Below, one piece after another: positions 45,970 through 58,370 of a DNA stretch of 64,000 nucleotides. The notes beneath the pieces were generated by a model. That model did not search any database. It was not told the DNA's origin and saw only the letters and a list, made by a program, of their open reading frames with translations. The stretch's first letter is position 1; each line of letters opens with the position of its first letter. The DNA is from the human T2T-CHM13v2.0 reference genome, Homo sapiens. The stretch is taken from NCBI RefSeq assembly GCF_009914755.1, contig NC_060930.1, one strand, 5' to 3'. A program made the position numbers and the translations under genes.

Positions 45970-46690
45970 TGTTCAACAGAAATACAATTCAAGCATGTGT
46001 AATTTTAAATTTTCTAGTAGCAACATTAAAAAAGTACACAGTAACAGGTAAAATTAATAGATTTTACTTAACTCAATCCAAATATGTTAATATGAAATCA
46101 ATTTTTAAAAATTATTGAGATATTGTGCATTCTTTTCTGCATTATCAAGTCTTTGGAATCCAATGTATATTTTAAACAGAGTACATCTCAATTTAGATCC
46201 TACATTTTCATCAGAAAGACTTGATCTATAGATCTTATAAAATGAATAGTTCAAAAAGTAGCTTCTCATGCTCAAGTTGTTCCACACATACCCAAAAAGT
46301 TTCCCAATAAAAAGAAGCAAGTACTAAAAATGTACTTTCATGTAGCACTCAAATCCACATTGACACAACTGGTTCATATTTTTTTTTAGAAGAACTGATT
46401 TGGCTTTGAAGCAAAAGCATAACAGTTTCAAAACTATGCCTGTCCAAGTTTAGTAAATTCACTAACTTTTGTGTCAACTCATTAATATTACCATTGAATT
46501 CAAAGGGGTATTACATAAATCAAAACTCAACTATAAATTATCAATACTAATGAAACATTCTTCAAATTTTACTCAACTTTGCAGTCAATTTTAATGCTGT
46601 CAATTAAAAATAAAATCTGCATATTGGTTTTTTAAAAATGTATAAAACTGTTATTAATTGGTGCCATGAAAAGTTTCCATTTTAATATAA
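45970..46690. mobile_element. MER33/Charlie5-like hAT transposon fragment
   Basis: tgtaattttaaattttctagtagcaacattaaaaaagta matches the recalled MER33 consensus. Confidence 0.6.
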
Positions 46691-46696
46691 ATACGT

Positions 46697-47170
46697 GTGA
46701 TGGGTTGTTTTCCCCTCAAAAATGAAATGTTAAAGTCCTAAGTCCTAGTACCTCAGAATGTGACCTTATTTGGAGACAGGGTCCTTATGGAGGTAATCAA
46801 GTGAAAATGAGGTCATGTAGGTGGGCTCTAAAACAATCTGACTGATGTCTTTATAAAAAAAGGAAAATTTGGACACAGATAGGCACACAGGGAAAATGCC
46901 ATGTGAAGAGACAGAGTAAAGATGGTCATCTACAAGCCAAGGAGTGTCTGAGGCAACCAGAGGCTGGGAGAGGGCCGGGAACCAATCCTTCCCCAGCGGC
47001 TTTAAACGGACCATGGCTCAGCCCACACCTTATTTCAAACTTCTGACCCCTAGAACTTAACAAACGTTTGTTAACAAAAATTGTAATAGGTTTCTAGGGC
47101 TGTTGTAACAAATTTTTGTTACATGACCCAGTTTATGTTCCTTTGTTACAACAGCTCTAGGAACCTAATA
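46697..47170 (+). mobile_element. MLT1B/C-type MaLR solo LTR
   Basis: gtacctcagaatgtgaccttatttggagacagggtc...tttgttacaacagctctaggaacctaata. Confidence 0.85.
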
Positions 47171-48094
47171 AAATATTTCTTCCCGTGTAACTAAGTCACA
47201 ATTAAGCTTTTCCTTTCATTGTGTTCAAATACAAGGTGTGTTCAACATAATCTGACAATACACAGTGATTAAGAGCATGACGCTGGAGTCAGACTTAGGA
47301 TGAGATTCAAAATGAGTTTTTCCATAGGCACTGTGATATCAGATTAAAAAACAAACTACCCTGCCAGATTTTATCTTCGATTCCTGCATATTTGGCAAGC
47401 AATTCTTTTGTTTCAAGAAAATCTTGAAATTAATCATGTAGGTTTTCTTGACTTAACTGAGCATTGGCAAAGGGGACAAGATCAAATTCATGGTCTTTTA
47501 TTTCTTTCAACAATTTCATACATTGGTGATGATTCATAGTATTTGCAGAAGTTATATTGCTGCAAGAAAAATCACATTAGATACCTAAAACATGAGAAGA
47601 AAGACATAATTCTATTCTGGAATGCAGTATGGTATAGAGAAAAGAGCTTTAGAACTAAGCATACCAGGGTTCCATTCTCAACTCATGTTTCCAACAGGGT
47701 GACTTTGGGCACGTCCCTTGACCTTTCTGAGTTTCAGATTCCTTATCTGCAAAAAAGGAACAATACCCCCTTCCTACGCATAGTGCTATTGGGAGATTAA
47801 CTTAGATGGCTTAGTTAAAAGTCCCCAGTTCACTTCACATAATAAATGGCAGTTGCCATCCTCTTTCCTGGGATCCTTTCGGAGAATATCTATCTGTTAT
47901 TTTATCTTCTGAAAGAGTTCCTGGCTGCCAAGTGTAACTTTTATTCATGCTCTGGGTTCTCCAGCAGCTTGTTAAAAAGTTCCAGACACCTACTAATCAC
48001 TTTCCTTCTCATGTCACACTGCTTTCACAGCAAAGTCGCTCATTCCACCATACGTTAAGTTGTATGTAAAAATGTACAAAGTGTCTAGCCATAC

Positions 48095-48230
48095 TTGTCT
48101 GATGGGTGAGATTCCACAAAATACCCAGCAAAGGGACAATAAATTCGGGGTTGCAGGTTCTTCACCAGCCGAGCCTTGTAGTTCAGGAGCTTCTTCCTTT
48201 CTGTTTTAATGAATTGGGCTTTCCATTCCT
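48095..48230 (-). CDS. CMAHP: CMAHP exon, 136 bp: (E)EWKAQFIKTERKKLLNYKARLVKNLQPRIYCPFAGYFVESHPSD(K)
   Basis: Acceptor TTTCAG|AG, donor CAA|GTATGG; within ORF 48085..48288. Confidence 0.93.
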
Positions 48231-48779
48231 CTGAAATGACAGGATTTAGATTGGAGTCTCCTCTGCTGGAAAAATCACAGAAAAACACATATTCTAGCAG
48301 ATTGGAACTCTTTCAGGAGATAAAATTGATAGGTAACTAAGGCAGAAATAGAACAAGGCTCCATGTCATTAGTGGAGGATTTCCCCGGAGTTTTTATCTT
48401 GGAAATTTCAATTGGTTACTAGGAAAATGTTACCAAGCCAGCCAAAGGCACTGAGCTTTCTCCTTGTATATGGCAATTCATTCGGACCCTAGCTGAATAC
48501 ACAGGGTAGGATGCATAATCGTAGTTGGTGTGCATGCACATTTTAAGGGCATTGTAATTCTTGAAATTAACTCTTTACTAACATGAAAATGGCTTCATTA
48601 TATTTGTAGATTATAACAGGTGTGTTCAACATAATCTGACAAATACACAGTGATTAAGAGCATGACGTTGGAGTCAGTTAGGTTGAAAATCCTGACCCAC
48701 CACTTACTGGTTGGGCAGCCTTGGGCAAACTACCTAACTTCTCCATGTCTGTATCTTCTCTGTAAATGGAGTCATGATG

Positions 48780-49310
48780 CCCTTCTCACAGTGCTGTTCA
48801 TTTGCTTATTCATTCACGTAACCAATATTTATTGTGCACCTACTCTGTGTCAGACGTGGTTCTAGCCACTGGGAATAAAGTGGTGAACAAGGCAAAGCAG
48901 GTCCCTGCTCTCATGGAGTGTTCATTCTAGTGAGAGAAGCAAATAATGAACAAGTAAATAAAGTCATTGCAAAGAATGATGCACCGTGAAGAAAATAAAA
49001 CAGGGCAATGGAACAGAGAGTGGCTGGGGTGAGTGGGATGAGATGGAGGGAATCATTAGACAGGATGGTCAGTGAAGAGGTGACATTTGAGTTGAGACAT
49101 AGATGAAAAGTTGCTGGTCACATGCAAATCAGGGCCAGCTGCACTCCAGGAAATGGAAACAGCAAACACAAAGACCCAGGGCAGGTGTGCACTTGACACT
49201 TTGGGTCTAAGAAACAAAAAGCAGGATGGACTGATATATAGCAAGCATCAGAGTGACAGGCAGTGAAGGAACTTGAGGAATTAGACAGGACGCAGAACAT
49301 ACAGGGTAGA
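48780..49310 (-). mobile_element. L2 fragment
   Basis: attcattc...atatttattgtgcacctactctgtg...gtccctgctctcatggag is the reverse complement of the L2 3' end. Confidence 0.75.
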
Positions 49311-50311
49311 AGGTCAGAGAGCTGTTACTGTTATTGTTTCTATAAAATTTGACAAACACAGACAAGGATACAGAAAAAATATACAAGCTACCCATCACCT
49401 AGACATAATATTTTGGTATATTCAAGACCTTTTTAAATGTATATGTGTGTACTCACGCACATGTGCACACACACACAAACTCACCATCACACAGAATGGC
49501 ATGATGCTAGTTAACCCTTAATAAGTATGTTTTACCTTCCCAGTCACACTTTTAACTTCTTAAGGACAGAACCTTCCCTCTATTTCTCATGTGGTTACAC
49601 ACTCTGGGAGGCAATGAATATAGACTTAGAGAAGAAAGCAAAGAACGGGACAAAGGTTATCTTCATATTGCAAAGCAGGGCATTTTCTGCCACACTGTTA
49701 GACAGGGATCACTTATCAGATACATTAATTTATTAAGTGGACATGTATTGAGCACTTACAATACTAGTGTTGAGGATACACACTTCCCCAATGTCAACCC
49801 CAACCCCACTCTTGGACCCAGAGCAGAAGGGCTCCTGCCTAAGACCCCCAACCAGAGGACCCTCCTCTGGGTGCACTAGAGGTCCCCAACTAGAGGACTC
49901 TCTTCTGGGCACACTGCTCCCTGATATGAGCATCCACAGTGCCAAGGGGATGTGTCTACATTGAGGCTGCACACACCCCATTAGGAACCATATTCCAAGA
50001 GCACCTAAGCCTGGATGACCCACTTCAGGCCTTTCCTGTTCTGCTCTACGGTCTACATGGTGAATCCAGATGATTCTCTTTCTTGGCTCCTCCTGAGGTG
50101 CTCTCAGATCTCAACATTTCCTTCATGCTCCATCATGTTTTGAGCTAGAAACCTTAGTTGGTAATCTGCAACTTACAAATCTGGTTTCCCAATAAGATTG
50201 CATGCTTCTTGTGGGGAGGGATCATGTCTCAATTACATTTGTATTTACTCTTACAGCATTTAGCAATGTGCCATGCGTGATACTTGGTATCACTTTCATA
50301 CAAAATATTAC

Positions 50312-50449
50312 CCGTAAATTTTCCACCACTGAAAGTCATTGGAAAGCCTGATGCTCCTCCAGCAAAATCACTCATCATTAGAGCAACCTTCATAGGCAGC
50401 CTTCCCCCATTGGGTCTGGTGCAGTCTACTATATTGAGTATTTTATGAC
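50312..50449 (-). CDS. CMAHP: CMAHP exon, 138 bp: (G)HKILNIVDCTRPNGGRLPMKVALMMSDFAGGASGFPMTFSGGKFT(E)
   Basis: Acceptor CCACAG|GT, donor CGG|GTAATA; translated by hand; phases fit both neighbours. Confidence 0.92.
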
Positions 50450-51234
50450 CTGTGGAGAAACAAAGAGGTATAGATATTCAAGGTGAAATCTTGAACATCA
50501 TAGTTTGAATTCCAAGACAAGGACTTCTGTATACAGTCTGTATAATTGAACTTATTTGATTATAGAAGAATTGATTATATCAAAGGAAAAACAAACAGTA
50601 AGATTTTAAAACTTAAAGCTTTCAATAGTATATTTTCTGAATTTTCAAGCGACTAAATTCATCCCATTTGACTTGGTGGATACTAGGTGTCTCATGAAGA
50701 CTTTTATCTTAATTCCACTCTAGCTCATAGATAGACTGCTTTCTTCTGTCAACTTTTTCCAGGTGTTGAGCCCAAAGGATCAGAAAAAAGTGGATTAACA
50801 TACTTCCCTGTACCTTTTGCAAATTACATGCAAAGCTCATATTCAAATGATTGTTGGGGCAGTAAGGCCATCTTTTCATATGAAAAGCAGTGCATGATTA
50901 TATTACATGATATTTCTAGGTGAAAGTAATAAAATACATTTATTTAATAAATGTAGTTTTGAAGAAATCACTATAGGTGGAATGTAAAATATCTATTGCC
51001 TTATGAAAGAAATCTTTGCTCCTGTCACTATCTAGATGACATTATTTCTAATTTGTTTTCTGGAAAAATTATTTGAAAGATAGCTCCATATTTCTAGAAC
51101 AAGGATATAACACGCTATATTCTTTCAAAATGGAGCTAAAAGATGAACATGTGATGAAATTTCATATAGATATTACCATCCTTCCTATTAAGAATGTTTT
51201 CCATTTTTCGTTATCAATGGGGATAAAAACATAC

Positions 51235-51316
51235 CTTTGTACTCCACAATAATGCAAGTGTCCATCTCAGGATGAACACCGTCCATCAAGATCATGAATC
51301 GAAGATTTTTGTCCAC
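51235..51316 (-). CDS. CMAHP: CMAHP exon, 82 bp: VDKNLRFMILMDGVHPEMDTCIIVEYK(G)
   Basis: Acceptor TTCCAG|GTG, donor AAG|GTATGT; within ORF 51188..51391. Confidence 0.93.
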
Positions 51317-51690
51317 CTGGAATTTAACAACAAAACCAACAACTGTGAATTTCAGTTTGGTTTTTAATTCAGTATTTGAGAAGGTAATCACCTGTTCTGG
51401 AAAGACTGGTCAATTGAACCTCACATTTGAAGAAATTTCCTTATTCAGAACTAGATTTATTACCTGTTCTGTAGAGTTGTACTATAATAGTATGGGTTAA
51501 TAGAAAGAAAATCATCTTTGCCCAGGACAGTCTGCCTAACATTTGAATCACAAATAGAGGTTGTGATTATGCAGTATCAGGGACATACCACATTGACCCA
51601 TTTTTTCCTTAATCTTACGGTGACTATCTCACCTAACATTCATCACAGAAAGCATAACTGGAAAGCATGGAAAGAAAGCAGATTTCTGAC

Positions 51691-51838
51691 CTGCTGCCAT
51701 ATTCCAAATGGCACGACATTGATATTAGTCAACTGGACACCGCTCTGATTCAGATTCCAAAATACAGGCCTTTCTGTGTTTCCAACATAAATGGGAATAT
51801 CTGGTCTTCTCCCAGCAAGCTTTTTCAGTGTGGGGTAA
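51691..51838 (-). CDS. CMAHP: CMAHP exon, 148 bp: (S)YPTLKKLAGRRPDIPIYVGNTERPVFWNLNQSGVQLTNINVVPFGIWQQ
   Basis: Acceptor TCCTAG|T, donor CAG|GTCAGA; within ORF 51643..51963. Confidence 0.93.
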
Positions 51839-54424
51839 CTAGGATAAGACAGATGGAAAGGTTGAAAAGAGAAAAAAATAGTGTCATCTAGTATGACAGA
51901 CAGTTTGTTCCTTATACCAACATATTGACAGAGAAGTGAGGAATTGAAAAACTGGACTCTCACCAGAGTCCAGAGAAAAGTTTCTGTTCAAGGATGACTG
52001 TGAAAGTGACGGGAGATTCTGAGGGGATTCATCTTTGTTGTTAGAACATATCAAATGCTCATGGTGTGGACATCAACCAGGTAGGCAAGTTCCATTTTCC
52101 ACAGTGATGCTGCTTGAAGGAGGGGTAGTTCTAACAGTAGGCACAGACGAGAAAAAGTCATGCTGTAGAGGAAAGAAATGAAGATCACGGAGATCCTCAT
52201 TTCTTTGCATGCTTCAAGCAGTAGCTCTCAGTAAGAGAGAGGACTGGGACATAGTACAGGACAAAAGCCCATGTCTCGGACCATTTTGGGGGTTGGTTTT
52301 TCAACCTTCAAAGATTCTGTCCCTTTTTAAGGATAAATAATATATTTTGTATATTAAAGCCACACTTTAACAGACTATATTATTCATCCTTAAGGAGGGA
52401 CAGAATTACCAGCTAGGCAAGACAGTAAAATTTAGTGTTGAGGAACTACATCCAACATTTGTAGTAATCCCAACTCAGTGCACAACAATCATCCAAGTAT
52501 TTTTGACTATCTAGACATATTAAGTCGGCTTTTATTTATTGAGCATTCATTATATAACAGAGTTATTATACCACTGTAGGGTGTGGTAGAAAGTTTAATA
52601 AACAAACAAATGATTACACATCTATTATATTTCAAACTTGGTGCTGGGGCAGTTTTACATACTATGTTAGTCAATTCTTATCAAAAAGCTATGAATTTTT
52701 TGTTTTTGTAGATGAGGAAACATTCAGAAATATACAACACACAGTGAACTGGTATTCAAATTTGGGTTTTTGATTCTAAACCTAGTGCTTCTTCTATAAG
52801 AAGAAAGTTTCTAACTTTAATGAACGTATTATCTGGTTTAAGAATCAGACTTGTACACAGAGTATAAGATCAGGTAAAATAAGATATATAATCATAGGAA
52901 AAGTATTTTAAAAATCTGCATATCAACACTTGGCTGTACTAATATTCAAGTTCCAGCATTGCGTTAAAAGCTATCCAAATAAGTAGAATCTGGAAGGAAG
53001 TGAGGGGAGCAACAACCTTTCTCCCCAAAAAACAAAAGATTCAAAAAATCAATGATTCTTTGAATGTACCTTCAATCTCTGGGTTCAGCAACGAAATCCT
53101 GCATTTTAAAGGACTTTGGGAGTTACGGTAAGTTATTTTAAAATGGATGTTCATTGCTTTGGATTTTTCAATTGCTAATAATTCTTACTGGCAATCCACC
53201 AAAGTACACTGGCCTTTTCCCTTGTTTTTTGTAAACCAGGGAGGCTTTATTCAGTAAATAAAGGTCAGACAGAAGGGTCGGGGACAAGCAATCTTGATGT
53301 TTATTAGTTGATTAGGCAAGAGTCGAAAAGTAAGGGTCTATCAAGGAAATAGACCCAACGGAGTAAAAATCACAGGCTTTGGCCCCTTTTCAATAATAAA
53401 CTATCTGCAACACACTGCACAACCAATGTGTTGTGATACTATAGTTGAAAACTGTTGTTTTAATGCATGACAACTGTCCACACAAGCCCCTGAAATGAAA
53501 CTAAATTGGTTTTCAGGACAGTAGTTACAGAATAACTCAACTAAATGAGTTCTTACCCTCCCTGAAAGTTCTTACCCTTCTTAAATTTAGTGTGTTCCCA
53601 TAGAATGTCTCTCATTAAGACTTTAGGTAATTGTATCTTAGACACTATAAAGCGATCATATCATTTATGTGCTGTTGTCCCTACACAAGCTATATAAAAT
53701 TATTACCACACTTTACTGTTATTGTACAACAAATGAACTCAGGGCTCTTGTAATCCTGAAATTATGCAAGTATAGTTCCAGGAGGTAGTGTGGGACAAAG
53801 GTATCATATAAAGTAGAATTTTAGTTGTAGTACCACAGTATCCTAGGGGGTTGTGATCAGTTAAGAAATATGTTGCAGGCAATTTGTTACTAAATCAGTT
53901 AATTCAAAAAAACAAAACAAAAACAAAAACAAAAACAAACACTTCCCTGAAAAATAAATCAGAGCATATCCACACTTTAGAGTTCCCATATGCTTTAGAA
54001 TAAAATATCAAGGGGCCAGTCAACCAGCAACCAACATGTTATCCCTAACCATTTTGTCATGTAGGGTCACAGAAAAACAAAGTCGAATTGCTTGAGTAGC
54101 ACATTATGGGCATTGCTGTGTGTTTATACTGGCAATCTAGCAGAAGTGATACAAATTTCAAAATAATGATGAAGAAATATGACCCTATAGTTAAGCAAAG
54201 GAATTGAGAATATGAGCTTCCCTCTTCTAATAGCTCAGTACCTTTGCAAATACGTGTGGTTTCTTAACTTAAAGTCCTCCTTTCTCCCTCCTTTTTAATT
54301 GTCTGGGTCAGGGAAAATTTCAGTTGCTATCATTAGTATCATATTACTCTGGTTCCAATGAAACATTGGGTGAGGTTCAGTCAGGATTACTACGTTGGGT
54401 GTTTAGTGTTAGGATACTATAAAT

Positions 54425-54800
54425 CAGGGCTTGGCAAACCATGTGTGGGCCGAATCCAACCTGCTGCTACTTGTTTATGTACAACCTTGCAAGCTAAGAG
54501 TGGCTTCTTTCTTCTTTTGAAGCTTGCCCACAGCTGAGGAGATGGTTTTTACCTTTTTAAATGGTTGTAAAGAAAATCAAAAGGACAATGATATTTTGTA
54601 ATACATGAAAATTATATGATATTCACATGTCATTATCCATAAATAAAATTTGATTGGAACACAGTCAGTCTTATTCAGGACCATCTATGGCTGCCTTTGG
54701 GTTACAACAGCACGGTTGAGTGGTTGCAACTCTCACTGTATGGCTTGCAAAGCCTAAAATATTTACACTCTGGCCCTTTATAGAAAATGTGTTCTGCCTT
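54425..54800. mobile_element. MER58-type (hAT-Charlie) element
   Basis: cagggcttggcaaac...gcaaagcctaaaatatttacactctggccctttatagaaaa. Confidence 0.8.
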
Positions 54801-55325
54801 AGGGTGGGAAGTGAGACGGTTATTCATCCTCCCCTATCTTCCTTACAATAGCTCCTTCCTCACTCCCAATGGTGTAAAGTGTAGAAATGCTTTTCTATTT
54901 GTATAATTTTATGGGGTACAAGTGTAATTTTGTTACAACCAAAGATTGCACAGTGGTGAAATCAGAGCATTATTAATCCTAATCATGTACCTTTTATCCA
55001 TTAAACAATTTATCATCATTCACCTACTTGCTACCCCCTCACCTTTCTAAACCTCCAGTGTCTGTCATTCTACTCTCTACGCCTATTTGTGCACATTATT
55101 TAGCTCCCACTTATAAGTTAGAACATACCATATTTGTCTTTCTAGAAACAGTTTTAAAAGTATAAACTTTCTATGCAAATGTAAATATTTATCTTAATTA
55201 GTCCTTTTTTCATCATCCCAACTGAACCTACTTCAAAGTGAGCAGTGATTGCAAAAGAATCGGAGAACATTTGATGCCTTTCCTGCAGCATGAGCTTAGG
55301 AGTTGTGTGCTCAGGACTTCATTAC

Positions 55326-55516
55326 CTCAGGTGGTCTGAGTGCAGATGACTGATGTAAATGAGGTCTGCCTGGCACAGCCTCTCCAGCCAATCAGATGGA
55401 GGCTCATGGAGCAACCACCATCCACGGGCAAAAGCAGGACCGATTAACCAAGGGTCAAACACCATTCTCTTGTCTCCTAACTTGAGGTCCATGCAGGCAT
55501 GAGTGAGATATGTTAT
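55326..55516 (-). CDS. CMAHP: CMAHP exon, 191 bp: ITYLTHACMDLKLGDKRMVFDPWLIGPAFARGWWLLHEPPSDWLERLCQADLIYISHLHSDHL(S)
   Basis: Acceptor TAACAG|ATA, donor AG|GTAATG; translated by hand (absent from the ORF track); contains HxHxDH. Confidence 0.93.
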
Positions 55517-56724
55517 CTGTTAAAAGAGAGTGAGATCCCTATTACTGAATCGTTCATTACTGGTCAGCAACAATGAACTGAAATGTTTGGTTTGGGTGGC
55601 TGACATAGTACACAGGCTGGAGTACTTTGCTTCTAAGCATGATCAGGCAAAATCTTGGACTCAAATACATTCCAAAAAGAGCCTTTCATAGAACACGGTT
55701 CCCAGCACAGGTCATGACTTTATTCAAATATAAATTCTCATGGTTAGTTTTAGATGACAAATCAATTTGTTTACCTAGTTTTAGTTTATTTAAATTAGTT
55801 CCTAAACAGTTATTTACAGTCCACACTGAAGAATATATTTTGTGATCAGTCCTTTAAAGCATACTTTACAAGGAAAGGCAGTTAGAGATGTTATCACAAA
55901 CATCTGGGGATTTAAATGCCAGAGTGGCTGTGAAGAGCAATATGAATGGATGATTCTCGTGAGTTTGGTGGGTTGGCATAGCCACGCAGACTCAACTGAC
56001 AACTGGCTGAACAGGCTTGCAAGACTTTCTCTTCTAAATTACCTGTTAAATAATTACTCCTTCTGGATGCCAAGGTCCTCTAAGAATGGACACAAACAGT
56101 GACTTAGAGACTGGCACCATGGGGATTCCAAATCCAATTCCTCATTCTCTTGCCACAGCCTGGCACCTCCATGGAAAAGGAATGTATTGAGAAGCAGAGA
56201 TGAGATAGCGGGAACGTCATGTGAAAAGGCAACAAAGTGGGTGAGGAAAGGTCAAGGCATAGATTAGTTTTTATTATGTCTATTCCGGGCAGGTTCTCAT
56301 TTGTTTCCTTAAAATTAGCTGCCCAAATATACATAAACTTCCTAAATACACAGAAAAATAAATTTTTGATTGTGTACCTCTCCCAAACTATTAAAGTGTT
56401 TCCTCTGAAGGAAATTCTCTTCTAAAGCCAGAAAATACAACCAGCCATTCTATCCAGTAGTGATCTGGCATCAAATAGTTTTGCATGAGTTTCCTTAGGG
56501 ATTTTTCCCAAAGTTTTGTATTGTTTTTTTCCTTGTAATCCCTGCCAAGTTCTGGGGGTTCCTTAAAGAATTTGTTTTATCATATGACTTTTTACCATAT
56601 GTCCTAAATACCCATCTCAAACAGTATTCAAGGTAATATAGGATGTTTACAGATATAGATGTTAAATGGACATCTTGGTCACGTTTTTGTTTTTAATAAT
56701 ATTATCCTTTTAATATTTCCTTAC

Positions 56725-56834
56725 CTGTACTTCTCCAAAAGCCAACTCTTCAGGAGATCTGGGCTGTAAGTCCCAAGGGTTAGGAGGATTCAGTTCTAAA
56801 AGCAAAAGTCCGTTGTTTTCATCCATTTCAACAA
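56725..56834 (-). CDS. CMAHP: CMAHP exon, 110 bp: (V)VEMDENNGLLLLELNPPNPWDLQPRSPEELAFGEVQ; internal ATG at 56826-56824
   Basis: Acceptor TTCTAG|TTGTT, donor CAG|GTAAGG; overlaps ORF 56710..56910. Confidence 0.93.
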
Positions 56835-57164
56835 CTAGAATCAAATGAGAACAAATCTGGATTAATGACAAAAATGGCTTTTTAAAAGCATCACTGAAAT
56901 AGGAATGCATGGTCTTCCAAAGATCAAAGGAAAATCAAAACAAAGGGTGCCACTCCCTTAGATCAAGCAATATCTGCAGAGACTATGACTTAAGATGAAC
57001 ACCAATTCATTTCTTTATTCATATGGCACTTATAGAACTTATGAGGTCTCAGTCATGTCAGGGATACACATATACAAACAAGACTTCCTTACGACTAAAT
57101 GAATGATTGATAGAGATGACTTCGAGGCGCTATGGGAATGCACAGGGAGGGGCATCTGATCTGC

Positions 57165-57508
57165 AAAAATGACACACATTCAGTAGAAACCATACTCTGA
57201 ATTTTTATCTTTTCTGGGCTAGTGATACACAGTAAGATGCTGGGCAGCGGTAGCGGGTGCAGCTCCCAGTCAGCCATGTGCAATCACAAGGGTAAACACC
57301 AGATACTCTACAGTGGACCATGTTGCCAGGTGATTGTGCCCAACTGCAGGCTAATGTACATGTTCTGAGTATGCATACAGCATGTTAGGCTAAGCTACGA
57401 TGCTTGGTAGGCTAGGTGTATTAACTACATTTTGACTTACAGTACTTTCAACTTATGATGAGTTTATCAGGACTTCACACCATGTGTAAGTTGAGGAGCA
57501 TTTGTATA
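57165..57508. mobile_element. Tigger2-derived element (MER8/MER28-like)
   Basis: cattcagtagaaacc...aggctaagctacgatgcttggtaggctaggtgtatta...gtaagttgaggagcatttg. Confidence 0.7.
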
Positions 57509-58337
57509 CAATTCTGCTAATTAATTATACCTCAATAAAGCTGAGGGAATAGAGAATAGCTATCCTGAAGCCCCATTCAAAAAAGTGATTACCTCCAGAG
57601 CATGGGTGGGAGGATATGTGATATAATCAAGGAAAGATATATATTCTGTTGTTAATATTTTATGTCTTAAGCTGGGTGCTGGGTACATGGGTGTTCACTT
57701 AATTTTTAATACCTTTTAAACATTGCTTAAGAAAATGTAATAAAAATATTTTTCTTAGTCATAACTATCACCTTATTTAATGGTGAAACACAAATGGCTT
57801 TCTTAATAAAATCAGGAATACATAAAGAATGCATTATTGAACGATGTTCCTGAAAATGCAAGTGGTATAATGAAGGTACATATTATTATTTCAAGGTTAT
57901 ATGATTGTTGAAAATTAGAGTCATGAACTAGAAAAAATGCTGGCTTTGGGAACATGTGGGTGGGAATCCTATTTCTGCTGCTTATTAGCAGTATCCTGAG
58001 CCTCAGTTTTCTGATCTATAAAATTATGATACATAACTTCATAGAGTTGTCGTGGAGGTTAGATGAAATAATAGATACTAAAGTGTCTAGCACCATGCTT
58101 GGAACAAAGCAGGCATTTAATAAATAATAGTATTATTATGGTCATTATTTTATACTTAAAGGAATATATAGAACTTTAAAAGTTCATTGTAGGACAAACA
58201 AACCTATATACTAGCAAACTCGTTAGAAAAATACAATTGTATTATGGGAGACCCTCAGGAAACTCTTGCACTGATAGCTACCCCTTCTTAATTTTTCTTT
58301 TTCAAGAGATGCAGAAAAAAATAAGTCTGTAATTCTT

Positions 58338-58370
58338 CACTTGATCTTAGCCAAAAGGCCAAGAAGCAAT
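58338..58370 (-). pseudogene. 3'-truncated (tailless) U2 snRNA retrocopy, U2 nt 1-33
   Basis: Reverse complement ATTGCTTCTTGGCCTTTTGGCTAAGATCAAGTG equals the U2 5' end with two CpG transitions; flanked by tgtaattctt / tgtaactctt direct repeats. Confidence 0.9.

Noticed and set aside
48231-48268. Upstream alternative acceptors for the 136-bp exon
   Set aside because: The CAG sites would add 32 or 35 nt and shift the frame; the in-frame option is a weak GAG; no supporting evidence
51647-51665. KHNWK on the + strand, resembling the missing Rieske exon peptide
   Set aside because: Wrong strand, no extension on either side, and a 5-aa match is plausible by chance in six frames of 64 kb
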